NCBI GenBank assembly: GCA_028819235.1
Contig: JAPPMC010000129.1
Span: forward strand, 28-64,027
DNA: 64,000 bases
Source: Bryobacterales bacterium
GTDB lineage: Bacteria > Acidobacteriota > Terriglobia > Bryobacterales > UBA6623
Direction: 5' to 3'
A program made the translations under genes and the position numbers. Of this stretch, positions 9,388-18,781 are shown in pieces (position 1 is the first letter of the stretch; each line of letters begins with the position of its first letter). The notes beneath the pieces are model-generated. The model worked only from the letters and a program-made list of their open reading frames with translations. It had not been told where the DNA came from and ran no database searches.

Positions 9388-10569
9388 TCAGCGCTCGCTT
9401 GGCTCCGGCAATCCTGCGAGCTTGCGGAGCTCGGCCTCGACAGCGCGCGGCCCTCGATCGCGGTAAAGGAGGCTAAGGCGCTCCTCTTCGGCGGACACCG
9501 GCAGGGCATCGGCCAAGCCTGAGACATCGAGAGCTTCCCGGCTTGGCACCCAGACTGAGCCGTCCATGAGTCCTGCGCTGCGCAGGAACGCGGTCATTCC
9601 GCCAAGCGCGTGCCCCCCGCCCGACGTGGGGAACTCGATCCGAAAGCGCGACTCGGGACGGGTCTCAAGCCGCGCACCGGCAGCCATCTGCGGACGGCCG
9701 CCCAGCGGCGCCGAGCCCAAGGAGTAGACCACGCCCGCTGCGTCCTCGGCGAGCCAGCCGATATCGAGGTGGTGCACGGCTTGGTCGCTGCGGTTATGGA
9801 GGTCGAATTGCGGGGCGCTCCAGACGGTCTCAAGTGCTGTGGCCACTGCGCCTTCCGCGACTACCGGCGCGCCAGGGATGTCCAAGAACGCGATCTCGAC
9901 TCTGCGCGGATCGGCGGCGGGACCGGCCGTGGCGGGTCCGTTGCCCGCGAGCCGCACGCTCAGCCGGGGCCGTGCGGCCTGCCTTCTGAGGCTGTCCTGC
10001 ATGGCGGTCGCCAGCTCCGGCAAGCCTCCGGAGTCGATCTTCGACAGGAAGAAGGCCCGGTCCCGTTGGGCCTCCGCCTCTAGCACTCTCAGCCTGCCAG
10101 CCGCGCCGAGCCGATCAGGCCCTGCCGAAGTCATCGATGCGAACAGCACTGAGTCTGGCTCGATTACAATTGCCGGACCCGAGGGCAGGGGCAGCGGCCG
10201 GAGCAGTCGGATGTTGATCGGGATGTCCAGCCCTTCGCCCCGGGGCGTGTGCCGGCTCGGAACCGTGACCGCCGCGCGGCCGCCAAACGCACGGTCTCCC
10301 GCCTCGATTCGCAAGACCAGCGCCCGGATCACTTCTTGACCGACGTTTTCGAGATGGACCGTGCCAGACAGGTTGATGACTAAGACGCCGCCGCGAGGCT
10401 CGACATCGCTGCTGGAGAAGTCACTGGCCATCGCGCGCAGTGGCACACCTTCAGGGATCGTGACGGCAATGTCGATCTCTTGTGCCTTCGCGACTAGCGC
10501 GATAGTGCCGGCCAAAGCGGCGAGGCAGATCCAACGTGGAGCCCGGGCCGACGGTAGGAGGTCCGTCAT
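9388..10569 (-). CDS. Exported hypothetical protein co-oriented with the ECF sigma/anti-sigma genes
   Basis: ATG 10569 lies just after the anti-sigma stop; signal peptide ending AKA-Q; about 393 aa, beta-rich. Confidence 0.75.
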   Translation of the reverse strand: MTDLLPSARAPRWICLAALAGTIALVAKAQEIDIAVTIPEGVPLRAMASDFSSSDVEPRGGVLVINLSGTVHLENVGQEVIRALVLRIEAGDRAFGGRAAVTVPSRHTPRGEGLDIPINIRLLRPLPLPSGPAIVIEPDSVLFASMTSAGPDRLGAAGRLRVLEAEAQRDRAFFLSKIDSGGLPELATAMQDSLRRQAARPRLSVRLAGNGPATAGPAADPRRVEIAFLDIPGAPVVAEGAVATALETVWSAPQFDLHNRSDQAVHHLDIGWLAEDAAGVVYSLGSAPLGGRPQMAAGARLETRPESRFRIEFPTSGGGHALGGMTAFLRSAGLMDGSVWVPSREALDVSGLADALPVSAEEERLSLLYRDRGPRAVEAELRKLAGLPEPSER

Positions 10570-10571
10570 GG

Positions 10572-11075
10572 TCAGTAATACTCCGTGATGCTCAACGTGC
10601 CGGACGCGGCATCGTAGGCCCGGAACCTCAGTTCTCCGGTCGCTCCGACTTGGGCGTCTGCGGCGTCGAGGCCGAGCAAGGTTTCGCCCCATGTTGCTTG
10701 CATTCCGAGCCCTGCCGAGGGCACTTCGGGCTGCGGGGATCGCACCTGGGAACCTGTGTACAGCAGGGCCAATGCCACCGTGGCCGCGCAAGCAGCGGTG
10801 CCCAGCAGCCACCGCCCCCGCTGTCCGCGGGCCGCACGGTTCTGGCGGGCGGTCGCAGCTGCTTGTACGTGTCGGGTGAGGGCCTTGAAGTCCACGGGTG
10901 GCGTTTCCCGCAGGGCCGCTAGGTCTTGTCTGGCTCTTCGGTAGTCTGCTGCGGACTGGCGGCACACAGCACACTTCGAGAGGTGGCGGTCGGTTAGAAA
11001 CCGCTTCCAACGGCCTAGGTCCCCGCCGGCGTAGAGGGCGATGACCTCTTCTTGAGCGTGGCGAGGCTTGGCCAT
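10572..11075 (-). CDS. Zinc-binding anti-sigma factor (zf-HC2/ZAS) with TM helix
   Basis: HLSKCAVC (Hx3Cx2C) and one TM segment; ATG overlaps the sigma-factor stop. Confidence 0.85.
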   Translation of the reverse strand: MAKPRHAQEEVIALYAGGDLGRWKRFLTDRHLSKCAVCRQSAADYRRARQDLAALRETPPVDFKALTRHVQAAATARQNRAARGQRGRWLLGTAACAATVALALLYTGSQVRSPQPEVPSAGLGMQATWGETLLGLDAADAQVGATGELRFRAYDAASGTLSITEYY

Positions 11076-11644
11076 CAGCGGGGGTTTTCCTTCTCGTAGC
11101 GCTTGAACTTTACGCGTGCGTTCGCAATGTGCGAACGCACGGTCGCAGGAGAGCAACCCATGATCTTGGCGACCTCGCCGGCTGGGAATTGCTCGACATC
11201 GCGAAGCAGCAGGGCCGTGCGCTCGCGGTGGGTGAGCCGCTTCAGGCCCCTATTGAGCCAGCGACGGGTCTCGCTCCGGATCGCGCCGTGCTCGGGGCTC
11301 TCGGTCTTGGCGACCGGGATGGTCACGAGTTGGTCAAAGCCCACCCGGCCTTTGCGTCGCATGAAGTCGAGGGCGGTGTTCACGGCGATTCGGTTCAGCC
11401 ACTGCGCCACCTTGCGATTGTCTTTGAGTTGGCTCTTGCGCCTGAGGGCCTTCAGCAGCGAGTCTTGGGTCAGGTCTTGGGCGTCGGGGACATTGCGAAC
11501 GATCCCGTATATCAGCCGAAACATCCTTCGCGCGTGAGTCTCGAGCGCCTCGTCCTCAGGCACCGGCACTACCGCCTCCTGGCCGAGGCCGCTGGCCGGT
11601 ACCAAGACCGTCGCACTGCATGCCATCGCCGCTCCCACGTGCAA
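11075..11644 (-). CDS. ECF sigma-70 factor
   Basis: Region 2 DAQDLTQD...WLNRIAVNTALD and region 4 LTHRERTALLLR...EVAKIMGCSPATVRSHI. Exact start uncertain. Confidence 0.92.
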   Translation of the reverse strand: MHVGAAMACSATVLVPASGLGQEAVVPVPEDEALETHARRMFRLIYGIVRNVPDAQDLTQDSLLKALRRKSQLKDNRKVAQWLNRIAVNTALDFMRRKGRVGFDQLVTIPVAKTESPEHGAIRSETRRWLNRGLKRLTHRERTALLLRDVEQFPAGEVAKIMGCSPATVRSHIANARVKFKRYEKENPR

Positions 11645-11928
11645 CCTCGTCCAGCAATAGAAAGACGCCGGACGGGCCGATTCCGTGCAATTCGCGCCGG
11701 ACCTCTCCAGACTTGTGAGCGTTCCCGAATCGCTGGCACTTGAACCTCAGGATGCCATTCGCACAGTCGAGGACGTGCATGGCGCCCCAGTGCGCGGGCC
11801 CGCCACGACGTGGCCCGATGACATGATCGGCAATACCATCGGCCCTATGGCCGCTCGCGCCGGCGCCGACGCGGCTAGCCAACGAACCGACATTGCCCCG
11901 TTGCTAAACTCGGCTCGACGGATCGGCG

Positions 11929-13092
11929 ATGAATCTAGCGGGGCGGATATCTAGGCTGCGTGGCGAGGGGGCCTTTGAGGTACTCGTCCGAGCTCGAGAC
12001 CTTGAGGCCACGGGGCGTGACGTTATCCACATGGAGATCGGAGAGCCCGACTTTCCGACACCCGCAAACATCGTCGCAGCCGGTCGGAAAGCCATTGCCG
12101 ACGGCTTCACGAAGTATGGACCCACACAGGGTGAGCCGGTACTCCGGCAGGCGGTGGCCGAGCACGTCTCGGCGACACGCGGCATCCCCGTCAGTGAGAC
12201 CCAGGTCGTCGTGACACCGGGTGCTAAGCCCATCCTGTTCTATTCGATGCTCGCGCTGCTCGAACCGGGCGACGAGGCCATGTATCCCGACCCTGGATTT
12301 CCGATCTACGAAGGTGTCATAGGTGCCAGCGGTGCCACCCCGGTGGCCATGCCGTTACTCGAGTCGCGTGGATTCTCCATTGACCTGGACCGGTTCGCCG
12401 ACGCGCTGTCGGACCGAACACGCTTGATCATCCTCAACTCGCCGCAGAACCCGACGGGCGGCACGATTCCCCCGGCGGACCTCCAAGCGATCGCGGACCT
12501 GGTAGCCGACCGAGACTTGGTCGTTCTCTCAGACGAGATCTACAACCTGATCGCGTTCGACGAGAAGCCCACCTCGATTGCCTCGATAGACGGCATGGCG
12601 GACAAGACGATCATTCTGGACGGATTCTCCAAGGCCTACTCGATGACCGGCTGGCGAATCGGATACGGGGTCTTTCCCCAGTGGATAGTCGACGCAATCT
12701 GTCTATTGCAAGTAAGCGCGACATCCCACACGGCCACGTTCACGCAGCGCGCCGCGATCGAGGCCCTGATAGGACCCCAAGACAGCGTGCAACGCATGGT
12801 GGAGGAATTCTCCCGCCGCCGTGACGTGATCGTCGACGGACTGAATTCGATCCCCGGAATCCGCTGTGCCCGGCCGGGCGGGGCATTCTACGCCTTTCCT
12901 AACGTCCAAGGGACCGGAATGTCCTCCTCCGAACTCGCCGAGCGGATTCTCCAAGACGCTGGGGTGGCATGTTTGGCAGGGGAGGCCTTTGGCGCCTGTG
13001 GCGAGGGCTACCTTCGATTCAGCTACGCGACGGCGCTCGACCGGATCGAGATCGCGATTGATCGAATCCACCGGCTGCTAGTGAGCTCCTGA
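11929..13092 (+). CDS. PLP-dependent class I/II aminotransferase (aspartate aminotransferase-like)
   Basis: IGEPDF, NSPQNPTG, SDEIY, GFSKAYSMTGWRIG (PLP lysine), GAFY, RFSYA motifs. Confidence 0.93.
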   Translation: MNLAGRISRLRGEGAFEVLVRARDLEATGRDVIHMEIGEPDFPTPANIVAAGRKAIADGFTKYGPTQGEPVLRQAVAEHVSATRGIPVSETQVVVTPGAKPILFYSMLALLEPGDEAMYPDPGFPIYEGVIGASGATPVAMPLLESRGFSIDLDRFADALSDRTRLIILNSPQNPTGGTIPPADLQAIADLVADRDLVVLSDEIYNLIAFDEKPTSIASIDGMADKTIILDGFSKAYSMTGWRIGYGVFPQWIVDAICLLQVSATSHTATFTQRAAIEALIGPQDSVQRMVEEFSRRRDVIVDGLNSIPGIRCARPGGAFYAFPNVQGTGMSSSELAERILQDAGVACLAGEAFGACGEGYLRFSYATALDRIEIAIDRIHRLLVSS

Positions 13093-13394
13093 TTCGGCCC
13101 GCGCGTAGGCAGGGTCGAACGACAGAGGCGCAGTAGCTCAGTCCCGGTCGGCAGGCACACGAAGCGGGTGCAGATAGCGCGCGGCTGCGCAGCGATCCGC
13201 TGCGTGGAGGACAGGGCTCGCCGCACGCCGAGAGTCTAGTCAAGGTCGCTGTGGCTGGTGCGGGACGTCCTCTGTTGTGTTGGGATGTGTTCGGACTCCA
13301 TGGCGGGCCCACGAATTATGGGTCGTGCGCAGCTGGGCCGGCACACGCTGACCGTTGTAGCAGAACTTCAGATTCGTAGAGGTCTTGAAACCTA

Positions 13395-13448
13395 TCATAT
13401 ATTTGTTTATCTTTAATTTGACACTTCCCATGACTACCACATTATGAT
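13395..13448 (+). promoter_or_regulatory. Candidate sigma-70 promoter with AT-rich UP-like tract
   Basis: Perfect TTGACA (13418-13423); CATTAT (16-nt spacer) or TATGAT (19-nt spacer) at 13440-13448; strongly AT-rich upstream. Confidence 0.6.
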
Positions 13449-13459
13449 ATCGTGAATAT

Positions 13460-14032
13460 ATGTCGATGGGAACAAGAAGAATTGCTGCGCCTTTGGAATT
13501 CGCGTCGGTCGATGGGCTGCTCCATGTGCACCAACTCCCCTTCTACGAGCGCTTGGACTCCGTTCTGGTGAAGGCGGGGTTTGACGAGTTCGTTGAGGAG
13601 GCCTGCCGTGATTGCTATCCGGTCGGCGTCGGCCGGCGTTCCATGCCCCCGGCCGTGTACTTCCGCGTTCTTCTGCTTGCGTTCCTGCTTGGGATCGAGT
13701 CCGAGCGCGGAATCGCGCTCCAGGTAGGAGACAGCCTTAGCGTCCGCAAGTTCCTTGGGTACGCTCTGACGAGCCCGACCCCAAGTCGGTCCGCCTTGGC
13801 GAGAGCTCGTCGTCGTATCCCATTCTCAATCCAGCAGAAGGTGTTCGCTTGGGTGTTGGAACGTCTCGCGGAAACGGACACAGTGCTCCGGCTACCCGCC
13901 CTGGCACGGGGGAGCGCCGCTAGGGCCGCTCGCGCAGCTGGCGTGCCGGCGGGTCGGGCCCGTGCGGGTCGCTATGCAACGTTCGTGAAGGATCTCGCGT
14001 CGTGCGGGCCGGCCTGCGGGAACGCGTCTTGA
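13460..14032 (+). mobile_element. IS1182/IS5-type transposase-derived ORF: N-terminal domain only, no DDE core
   Basis: PFYERL...GFDEFVE...GRRSMPPAVYFRVLL...GIESERGIA...DSLSVRKFLGY...VFAWVLERL resembles the transposase N-terminal (DUF772-like) domain; ORF stops at 190 aa. Confidence 0.75.
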
Positions 14033-14084
14033 ACGTTGTCGGGACCAGCCTCTTCGGCATGGGTTGCTACGATGTGCCGTGCCG

Positions 14085-14819
14085 ATGGGTCGCTTTCTGA
14101 TAGCCGTCGTCTGCGTCGCTGCAGGGCTGCTCATGCTTGGCTTGCCCGGTGGCTCTGGACAGTTCTCGGAGCCTGAGTGGGCCGAAAGGCGGGCAATGAT
14201 GGTTCGCGACCAGATTGAGGCGCGCGGCGTGCGCTCGAGGAAGGTCCTTGATGCCCTTCGGGCAGTGCCTCGGGAGCGGTTCGTCCCTGAGCGAGTGCGA
14301 AGGTACGCGACCGATGACAGGCCGTTGTCGATCGGGTTCAATCAGACAATTTCGCAGCCCTACATCGTGGCCTACATGACGGAACTCCTGCGGATCGACC
14401 GCCGCCACAGTGTGCTCGAGATCGGGACTGGATCGGGTTATCAGGCGGCCGTGCTCGCCACCCTCAGCGACCATGTGTACAGCATCGAGATTGTTCCGCA
14501 ACTGGCGGAACGCGCCCGCAGGACTTTGGCCGAGCTTGGCTTTGAATCGGTGCGCCTACGCACCGGTGACGGGTACCAAGGCTGGCCGGAGCACGCTCCG
14601 TACGATCGGATCATCTTGACAGCCGCCCCGCCGCAGCTGCCGCAGGCGCTGGTCGACCAGCTGGCGGCAGGGGGCAGGCTCGTAGCTCCGATCGGTTCGA
14701 CTCCGAACAATCAGTCTCTCGATTTGGTAACGAAGGACGAGGCTGGTCGGATTCGCCGGCGTTCTCAGCTCCCCGTCCGATTCGTCCCAATGGTACCGGG
14801 TGCCTCGCGGGCCAACTAA
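14085..14819 (+). CDS. pcm: Protein-L-isoaspartate O-methyltransferase
   Basis: VPRERFV, QTISQPYIVAYM, VLEIGTGSGYQAAVL, GDGYQGWPEHAPYDRI, VRFVPM; N-terminal hydrophobic extension. Confidence 0.95.
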   Translation: MGRFLIAVVCVAAGLLMLGLPGGSGQFSEPEWAERRAMMVRDQIEARGVRSRKVLDALRAVPRERFVPERVRRYATDDRPLSIGFNQTISQPYIVAYMTELLRIDRRHSVLEIGTGSGYQAAVLATLSDHVYSIEIVPQLAERARRTLAELGFESVRLRTGDGYQGWPEHAPYDRIILTAAPPQLPQALVDQLAAGGRLVAPIGSTPNNQSLDLVTKDEAGRIRRRSQLPVRFVPMVPGASRAN

Positions 14820-14958
14820 CTTGGCGTGGAGATTTCAAGCCATCCCCCTTACCATCGGCGCTGAAGGGTAGGTAGCCACACTCGCGGCGACGGGAAGTTG
14901 AAGTGATCCGATCTTCCCTTGGAGAGTTCGAGAGCACAGATCGAGTCAGTTTCGATAT

Positions 14959-15825
14959 CTACTTGTTCCATTCACCATGCGCCTTTGGGATCAGATAGTC
15001 CAATACACCCTCGTGATCGGTTAGATCGGAGTCCCTGAATCTAATACGATATCGCTTGTCTCTATACTCAAGCGTACTAAGGTTTGCGTCATCGATCTGA
15101 CGGTCGACGTCATCGGATTTTTCTAGACGTAGTTCAACGATCAATCTAGTCTTAGTCGATCTAAACTTAACGAAATTATACGGTCGATCGTCCTTATACA
15201 ATCCAATGTAGAACTTATTGTAGTTCAGTTGGATGTTTGACTCACGATCATCGCCTGAATCACAACGACAAATAAGATCAAGCACTTTATCAGCCATGCT
15301 GACGGTCGCTGGTGTCGCCCGATCTTTCCAGTATTTGCGATCTGCAGGAGCAGTCGGTTCATCTTCTCCTCGACTAATGGCATCCAATACTTTGACAAAA
15401 ATCAGTGCCAAGTATTCCTCAACTTGGACTGCTTCCATCTTGATCGCGATAAGTGGTATAGCACCATTGAACAGAGAGATCACGTTAAGGAAGCGACCCG
15501 TGACTTCTTCTGCAACTATAACTGCCGTATGGTCATATTGAGGATATCTCTTCCTTTCAATATCCCAGTATTCTATCGTTCGAATGATATGTGTCTCGTC
15601 AGTGGCACCAAGCTGAATTTCGACTTCGTAGCGTTCTTTGGTCTCAGGATCTTGAAGAAGGATGTCTAGTCGTCCTGCGCCTGGCTGCCTACGTTCACTC
15701 TCCAGCACGACCAATTCGCCAAGGCCGAGAATTCTCGCGTCATCCGTGATTCTCTCGTGGACCCAGCGTTCTTGATACCTGGGATGGGCCTTGAGGGAAA
15801 TCCTCTTGTGTTTTTGATACTTCAT
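14959..15825 (-). CDS. PD-(D/E)XK-like (NucS/DUF91-related) putative nuclease, AT-rich gene
   Basis: E...GRLDILL...YEVEIQLG pattern. Markedly lower GC than flanks (19/60 G+C in 15121-15180). AGAGGA SD before ATG 15825. Confidence 0.65.
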   Translation of the reverse strand: MKYQKHKRISLKAHPRYQERWVHERITDDARILGLGELVVLESERRQPGAGRLDILLQDPETKERYEVEIQLGATDETHIIRTIEYWDIERKRYPQYDHTAVIVAEEVTGRFLNVISLFNGAIPLIAIKMEAVQVEEYLALIFVKVLDAISRGEDEPTAPADRKYWKDRATPATVSMADKVLDLICRCDSGDDRESNIQLNYNKFYIGLYKDDRPYNFVKFRSTKTRLIVELRLEKSDDVDRQIDDANLSTLEYRDKRYRIRFRDSDLTDHEGVLDYLIPKAHGEWNK

Positions 15826-16154
15826 GTGCGACATTCCTCTTGATTCTCTCGTGGCTCCGTGTGATTCACGACAACGCACTTATGTGATCGCCCAACTCTT
15901 GCTTCGTAGTGCACGTGGATGGCTTTCCCTCCAAGGCTCGCGGACGAGGACCATCATAGACCATTGACCATCGGGTTGTCACAAGGCCGGCGTTGCGCCA
16001 GTCCCGGACATGGCGCCAGCAAATTGCTAAACGGTCAAGCGCTCAAGCCGCCTCGGCGGCTCCTGGAAGCATGAGAAAGGCACGTGAAGAAGCGCAGACG
16101 CGGCTACCTTCGGCGTCACTTCAACGGCCCAATAAAGCCTCCAATCCGCAGAAT

Positions 16155-17147
16155 CTAGGAAAGTTTCCCGGCGCGCCCACCTCCGGCGTCACCACGCTTC
16201 GCAAGGGCCGCAGAGACCGCAGCCGACGCGCGAGGACCCGGCTTGGAATGGCGGGTGGCAAGCGCGATGCCGGTCAGGACAGCCACCAAGCCGGCGACGA
16301 GGCGGCCTGGAACTGCCTCCCCGAAATAGGCTGAGCTCAAGACTACGCCGCTGATGGGAGTGATGAAGGAGAAGGCGATCACCGTGCTCGGGGTGTGGCG
16401 TCGGATGAGGTATACCCACGCCAGTTGGGCCGTGCAGCCGATCACCAGTCCTTGAAAGAGCAGGGCAGTCCAGGTCATCCAGTTCTGCTCCGTTCGCTGC
16501 ATAGGGTCCGGGATCACCAGCCATCCCGCCAGAAAGATCGGCAGAGCTCCGATCAGAGTCCAGAAGACGGCCCTCACGTACTCGACCTTCAGGGACAGCT
16601 GCCGGGTGTAGACCATGCGGATCGACAGAAGTGTCGCGGCCGTCAGTACGAGCGCGTTTCCCAAGACGGGATTCGGGGCCAGCCGACTCTCAGTGCGGGT
16701 CGCCAATATCCAGGCAACCCCGGCGAACGCGACCGCCAGACCAACCACGCGTCGCAGTGTAAGTCGGTCGGCTGCGACAGTGAACGAAGAGATCACGGCC
16801 GTGCTTATCGGATACGAGTTGAAGAGGATGGCTAGGAGGACCGGCGAAGTGTAGTCGGCGCCGAACTGATTGGCACCGATCTGTACGGCGAAGATCACCG
16901 CTAGAACGGTCAGCGGCAGGACTTCGCGACGTTTGGGCCGAAGTTGGATTCCCCGCAAGGCCGCATAGCAGGCTATCCCAATCGTCGCAAACGATATTCG
17001 CCAAAACGCCCCAAGCAGTGGGGGCATCGAGAGCAACACGACCTTCATCGCGATCGGGTTGAGCCCGCGGACAATCGTGATTAGCACGCACGCCACGACC
17101 GACGCGAGGCCCAGCGGTTGGGATACTCTCGGCTGTTGCCGGGCCAT
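16155..17147 (-). CDS. DMT/EamA family transporter
   Basis: About 10 hydrophobic segments in two repeats; FITPISGVVLSSAYFGE. Confidence 0.88.
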   Translation of the reverse strand: MARQQPRVSQPLGLASVVACVLITIVRGLNPIAMKVVLLSMPPLLGAFWRISFATIGIACYAALRGIQLRPKRREVLPLTVLAVIFAVQIGANQFGADYTSPVLLAILFNSYPISTAVISSFTVAADRLTLRRVVGLAVAFAGVAWILATRTESRLAPNPVLGNALVLTAATLLSIRMVYTRQLSLKVEYVRAVFWTLIGALPIFLAGWLVIPDPMQRTEQNWMTWTALLFQGLVIGCTAQLAWVYLIRRHTPSTVIAFSFITPISGVVLSSAYFGEAVPGRLVAGLVAVLTGIALATRHSKPGPRASAAVSAALAKRGDAGGGRAGKLS

Positions 17148-17208
17148 GCCTCACCCGGGCGTCGGCAGATTGTCCGGCGAAGTGGTCGCCGGCGCCATCA
17201 GGCCGCTC

Positions 17209-18051
17209 TCAGGCTTTGCTCCATTGGTCGCGAAGGAATCGCGTGCCGTCCAACGCTATGTCGTCCATCGAATCGGCCAGGTCTCGCCAAATCGCGGTAG
17301 CGGCCGAAAGCTCAGGAATGTGCGAGTTGAAGGACTCGATCGTCAGCCAGCGGTCGTAGCCGATGCCCTTGATCGCGGCCATCACGCCCGGCCAGTCGAC
17401 GTGCCCGGAGCCGGGCGTGCCCCGGTCGTTCTCGCAGGTGTGCACATGCATCAGGTGCTTCCCGCACGTCGTGTAGGCCTCGGCGACATCCTTGTCTTCG
17501 ATGTTCTGGTGAAACGTGTCCAGCAGGATCCCGACCCGATCGCAGCCGACCTCGTCGACAAAACGGTACGCATCTAGTGCAGTGTTCAGGAAGTAGGTCT
17601 CGAAGCGGTTCAGGGGCTCAACGGCCATGGTGACGCCCGCATCCTCGAGATCGTCGCCGAGCATCTGGTGCATCTCGACGCCCCACTTCCATTCGTCCTC
17701 CGTGCGGCGGTGCCCCGGAAGGTACCCGACTGGCGAGTGTGTCGGGCCGGCGATCTGGTCCGCACCGGCCTCGGCGGCAGTGCGGATGACGTTCTTCCAG
17801 TGCTCCAGCGTCCTCTCACGGACTGCCGGGTCGGAACTGATCGGATTAATGCCCTCAGGGTTGATCGAGCAGAAATGCACGTTCATGGCGTGGGCTTCGC
17901 AGGTCCGCCGGACTGCCGCGGTGTCCAAGTCCGTCGGCACGAAGACCGGGATTTCGATCCCGTCCACCCCGACTTCCTTGAGTGCGTCGAACGGGTATTT
18001 GTCAGGCTCGAAGGATCCCGACCAGATTAGTGTGTTGACTCCGAACTTCAT
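17209..18051 (-). CDS. Sugar phosphate isomerase/epimerase (D-psicose/D-tagatose 3-epimerase family)
   Basis: EPLNRFETYFLN, LDTFHQNIE, HVHTCENDRGTPGSGH, TIESF metal-ligand motifs. Confidence 0.9.
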   Translation of the reverse strand: MKFGVNTLIWSGSFEPDKYPFDALKEVGVDGIEIPVFVPTDLDTAAVRRTCEAHAMNVHFCSINPEGINPISSDPAVRERTLEHWKNVIRTAAEAGADQIAGPTHSPVGYLPGHRRTEDEWKWGVEMHQMLGDDLEDAGVTMAVEPLNRFETYFLNTALDAYRFVDEVGCDRVGILLDTFHQNIEDKDVAEAYTTCGKHLMHVHTCENDRGTPGSGHVDWPGVMAAIKGIGYDRWLTIESFNSHIPELSAATAIWRDLADSMDDIALDGTRFLRDQWSKA

Positions 18052-18158
18052 GCTTGTGGCCTCCCGCTGGGGAAGTTGCCATTATCCCAGAGTGCATGCT
18101 TTCGCCATGCGGGCAGGGGAGGCGGGTCCGCCGGGGGCCGGTGCGCGCCCAGCAGGGC

Positions 18159-18716
18159 TCATCGGTCCTGATGACGGCCCGCCGCTGGCGACCAGCCCCG
18201 GGCCGACACGACGCCCCCGTTAAGTCCCAGTGCCGAAAGGCCGCCGAAAAACCGCGCGTGCTCCACCTTCATGCACTGGTCCATGACAACTTCCAGCCCG
18301 GCGTCGAGAGCTCGCTTCGCCGCCCGCTCATGCACGATTCCGAACTGCATCCAGACAACCTTCGCCCGGATAGCGATCGCTTCCTCGACGATCCCGGGGA
18401 CGTGCTTGGCTGGCCTGAATATGTCCACGACGTCGACCTCTCCCGGTATCGATCTCAGCGAAGGGAAGCATTCCCGGGTCAAGATCGTCCGAGCGCCGGG
18501 ATTCACCGGAATGATGTCGTACCCGCGGTTGGAGAGGTACACCGCCACGAAGTGGCTGGGACGTAGAGGATTGGCCGAGACGCCGACCATGGCCACCCTT
18601 CGAAATCTCCTGAGGATCGCCAAGCGGGCCTGAGGCCCGGCGGAGAGGTGGCTCCAAGACTGTCCGGACTGTTCGCCGACAGTGCCGCCACCCCAGCTGC
18701 AAACGAGTCCGGCCAT
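18159..18716 (-). CDS. CoA-binding protein (YccU-like)
   Basis: VAMVGVSANPLRPS, PVNP, VDIFRP, WMQFGI, VMDQCMKVEH. Start uncertain. Confidence 0.88.
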   Translation of the reverse strand: MAGLVCSWGGGTVGEQSGQSWSHLSAGPQARLAILRRFRRVAMVGVSANPLRPSHFVAVYLSNRGYDIIPVNPGARTILTRECFPSLRSIPGEVDVVDIFRPAKHVPGIVEEAIAIRAKVVWMQFGIVHERAAKRALDAGLEVVMDQCMKVEHARFFGGLSALGLNGGVVSARGWSPAAGRHQDR

Positions 18717-18781
18717 TCGCCCGCCCTTCGTCGCAATCGTAGCAGCCCGGTTGCCCTTGCCAAGGCTGCGAGAACGCGACC

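Noticed and set aside
13127-13191. tRNA-like start GGCGCAGTAGCTCAGTCCCGGT with possible pairing to CTGCGC at 13185-13190
   Set aside because: No GAGC to close the D-arm, no TTC T-loop, too short and no CCA; not a tRNA.
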